64,000 bases of DNA from Malacoraja senta (taxonomy: Eukaryota). Position numbers and translations under genes: made by a program. Each line of letters starts with the position of its first letter. Position 1 is the first letter of the stretch. Below, piece by piece: positions 63,346 to 64,000 of this stretch. Location of the stretch: the NCBI GenBank assembly GCA_038087875.1, contig CM075989.1, forward strand, positions 17,486,001 to 17,550,000, in the 5' to 3' direction. Below the pieces are notes generated by a model. It was not told the origin of the DNA and made no database searches. It saw only the letters and a program-made list of their open reading frames with translations.

Positions 63346-64000
63346 TTTGTTGACCATGTAGATGCAAAAGAGACGGTATAATTACGGGACATCTAGAACA
63401 TTTATAATGTATATCAACGAACATTTCAGCTCTGTTTTCCCAGGGCTGCTTGTCATAATTTGTCATAAAGAACTAATCTTCCCCGCTGTTATCAGACTTG
63501 AACAGAGTTTTAGCTGCTCTTGAAGAATTTCCCCTTCCATTTGTTATGGCCTTGTACTATTTATTGAATCTGTACCTTCTCTCTAGCTGTTAATACCAAA
63601 TTCAGCACTGTTTGTTTTCCTTTTACACGACCTGACATATGCCTGCAAACAAAGTTTTTCACTATCTCGTGACAGATGACAATAATAACCAACCCATTAA
63701 TTCCATCAAGTCTACACTTCTGCTCTTTGTGCAGAATGATTACAGAATGATTCACTGTACCTCGGTACATGCGGCAATAAAACTAAATTAGACTAAACTA
63801 AAGACTCATTAACGCCCCTCCAGAAGCACCATCCACAGTGGAATCCAATGAGTTTGAACTTTAACTTTGAGATTGAAGAACCCAACACCAAAGTAATATT
63901 ATTTGCAGAAAACAAAGAACTGCAGATGCTGGTTAATACATAGAAGGACACAATGTGCTGGAGTAACTCAACAGGTCAGGCAGCATCTCTGCAGAAGATG

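Overview
Repeat-rich vertebrate genomic DNA. The repeat content (HE1/V-SINE-type tRNA SINEs with CR1-like tails, CR1, L2, Rex/Babar and Penelope-derived elements) suggests a cartilaginous fish, probably a skate or ray; this is an inference. One multi-exon gene runs on the minus strand: IGDCC3 (Punc). Twelve coding exons with GT/AG boundaries map from 44382 down to the stop at 6605 and encode Ig2-Ig4, two FN3 domains, a transmembrane helix and the cytoplasmic tail. The signal-peptide and Ig1 exons were not found and probably lie beyond 64000. Main points of interest: (1) a 1-nt deletion in the Ig4 exon that creates a premature TGA in an otherwise intact gene (assembly error or a real loss-of-function allele); (2) three 8mer let-7 sites within 200 bp of the 3' UTR; (3) many short, often palindromic, Penelope-derived insertions carrying a minimal hammerhead-ribozyme-like core, several with 12-16 bp target-site duplications; (4) hAT and Tigger-type MITEs with intact termini, plus several nested insertions; (5) repeat-free intronic islands with enhancer-like motifs. 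I found no prokaryotic-type system and no novel protein-coding system.
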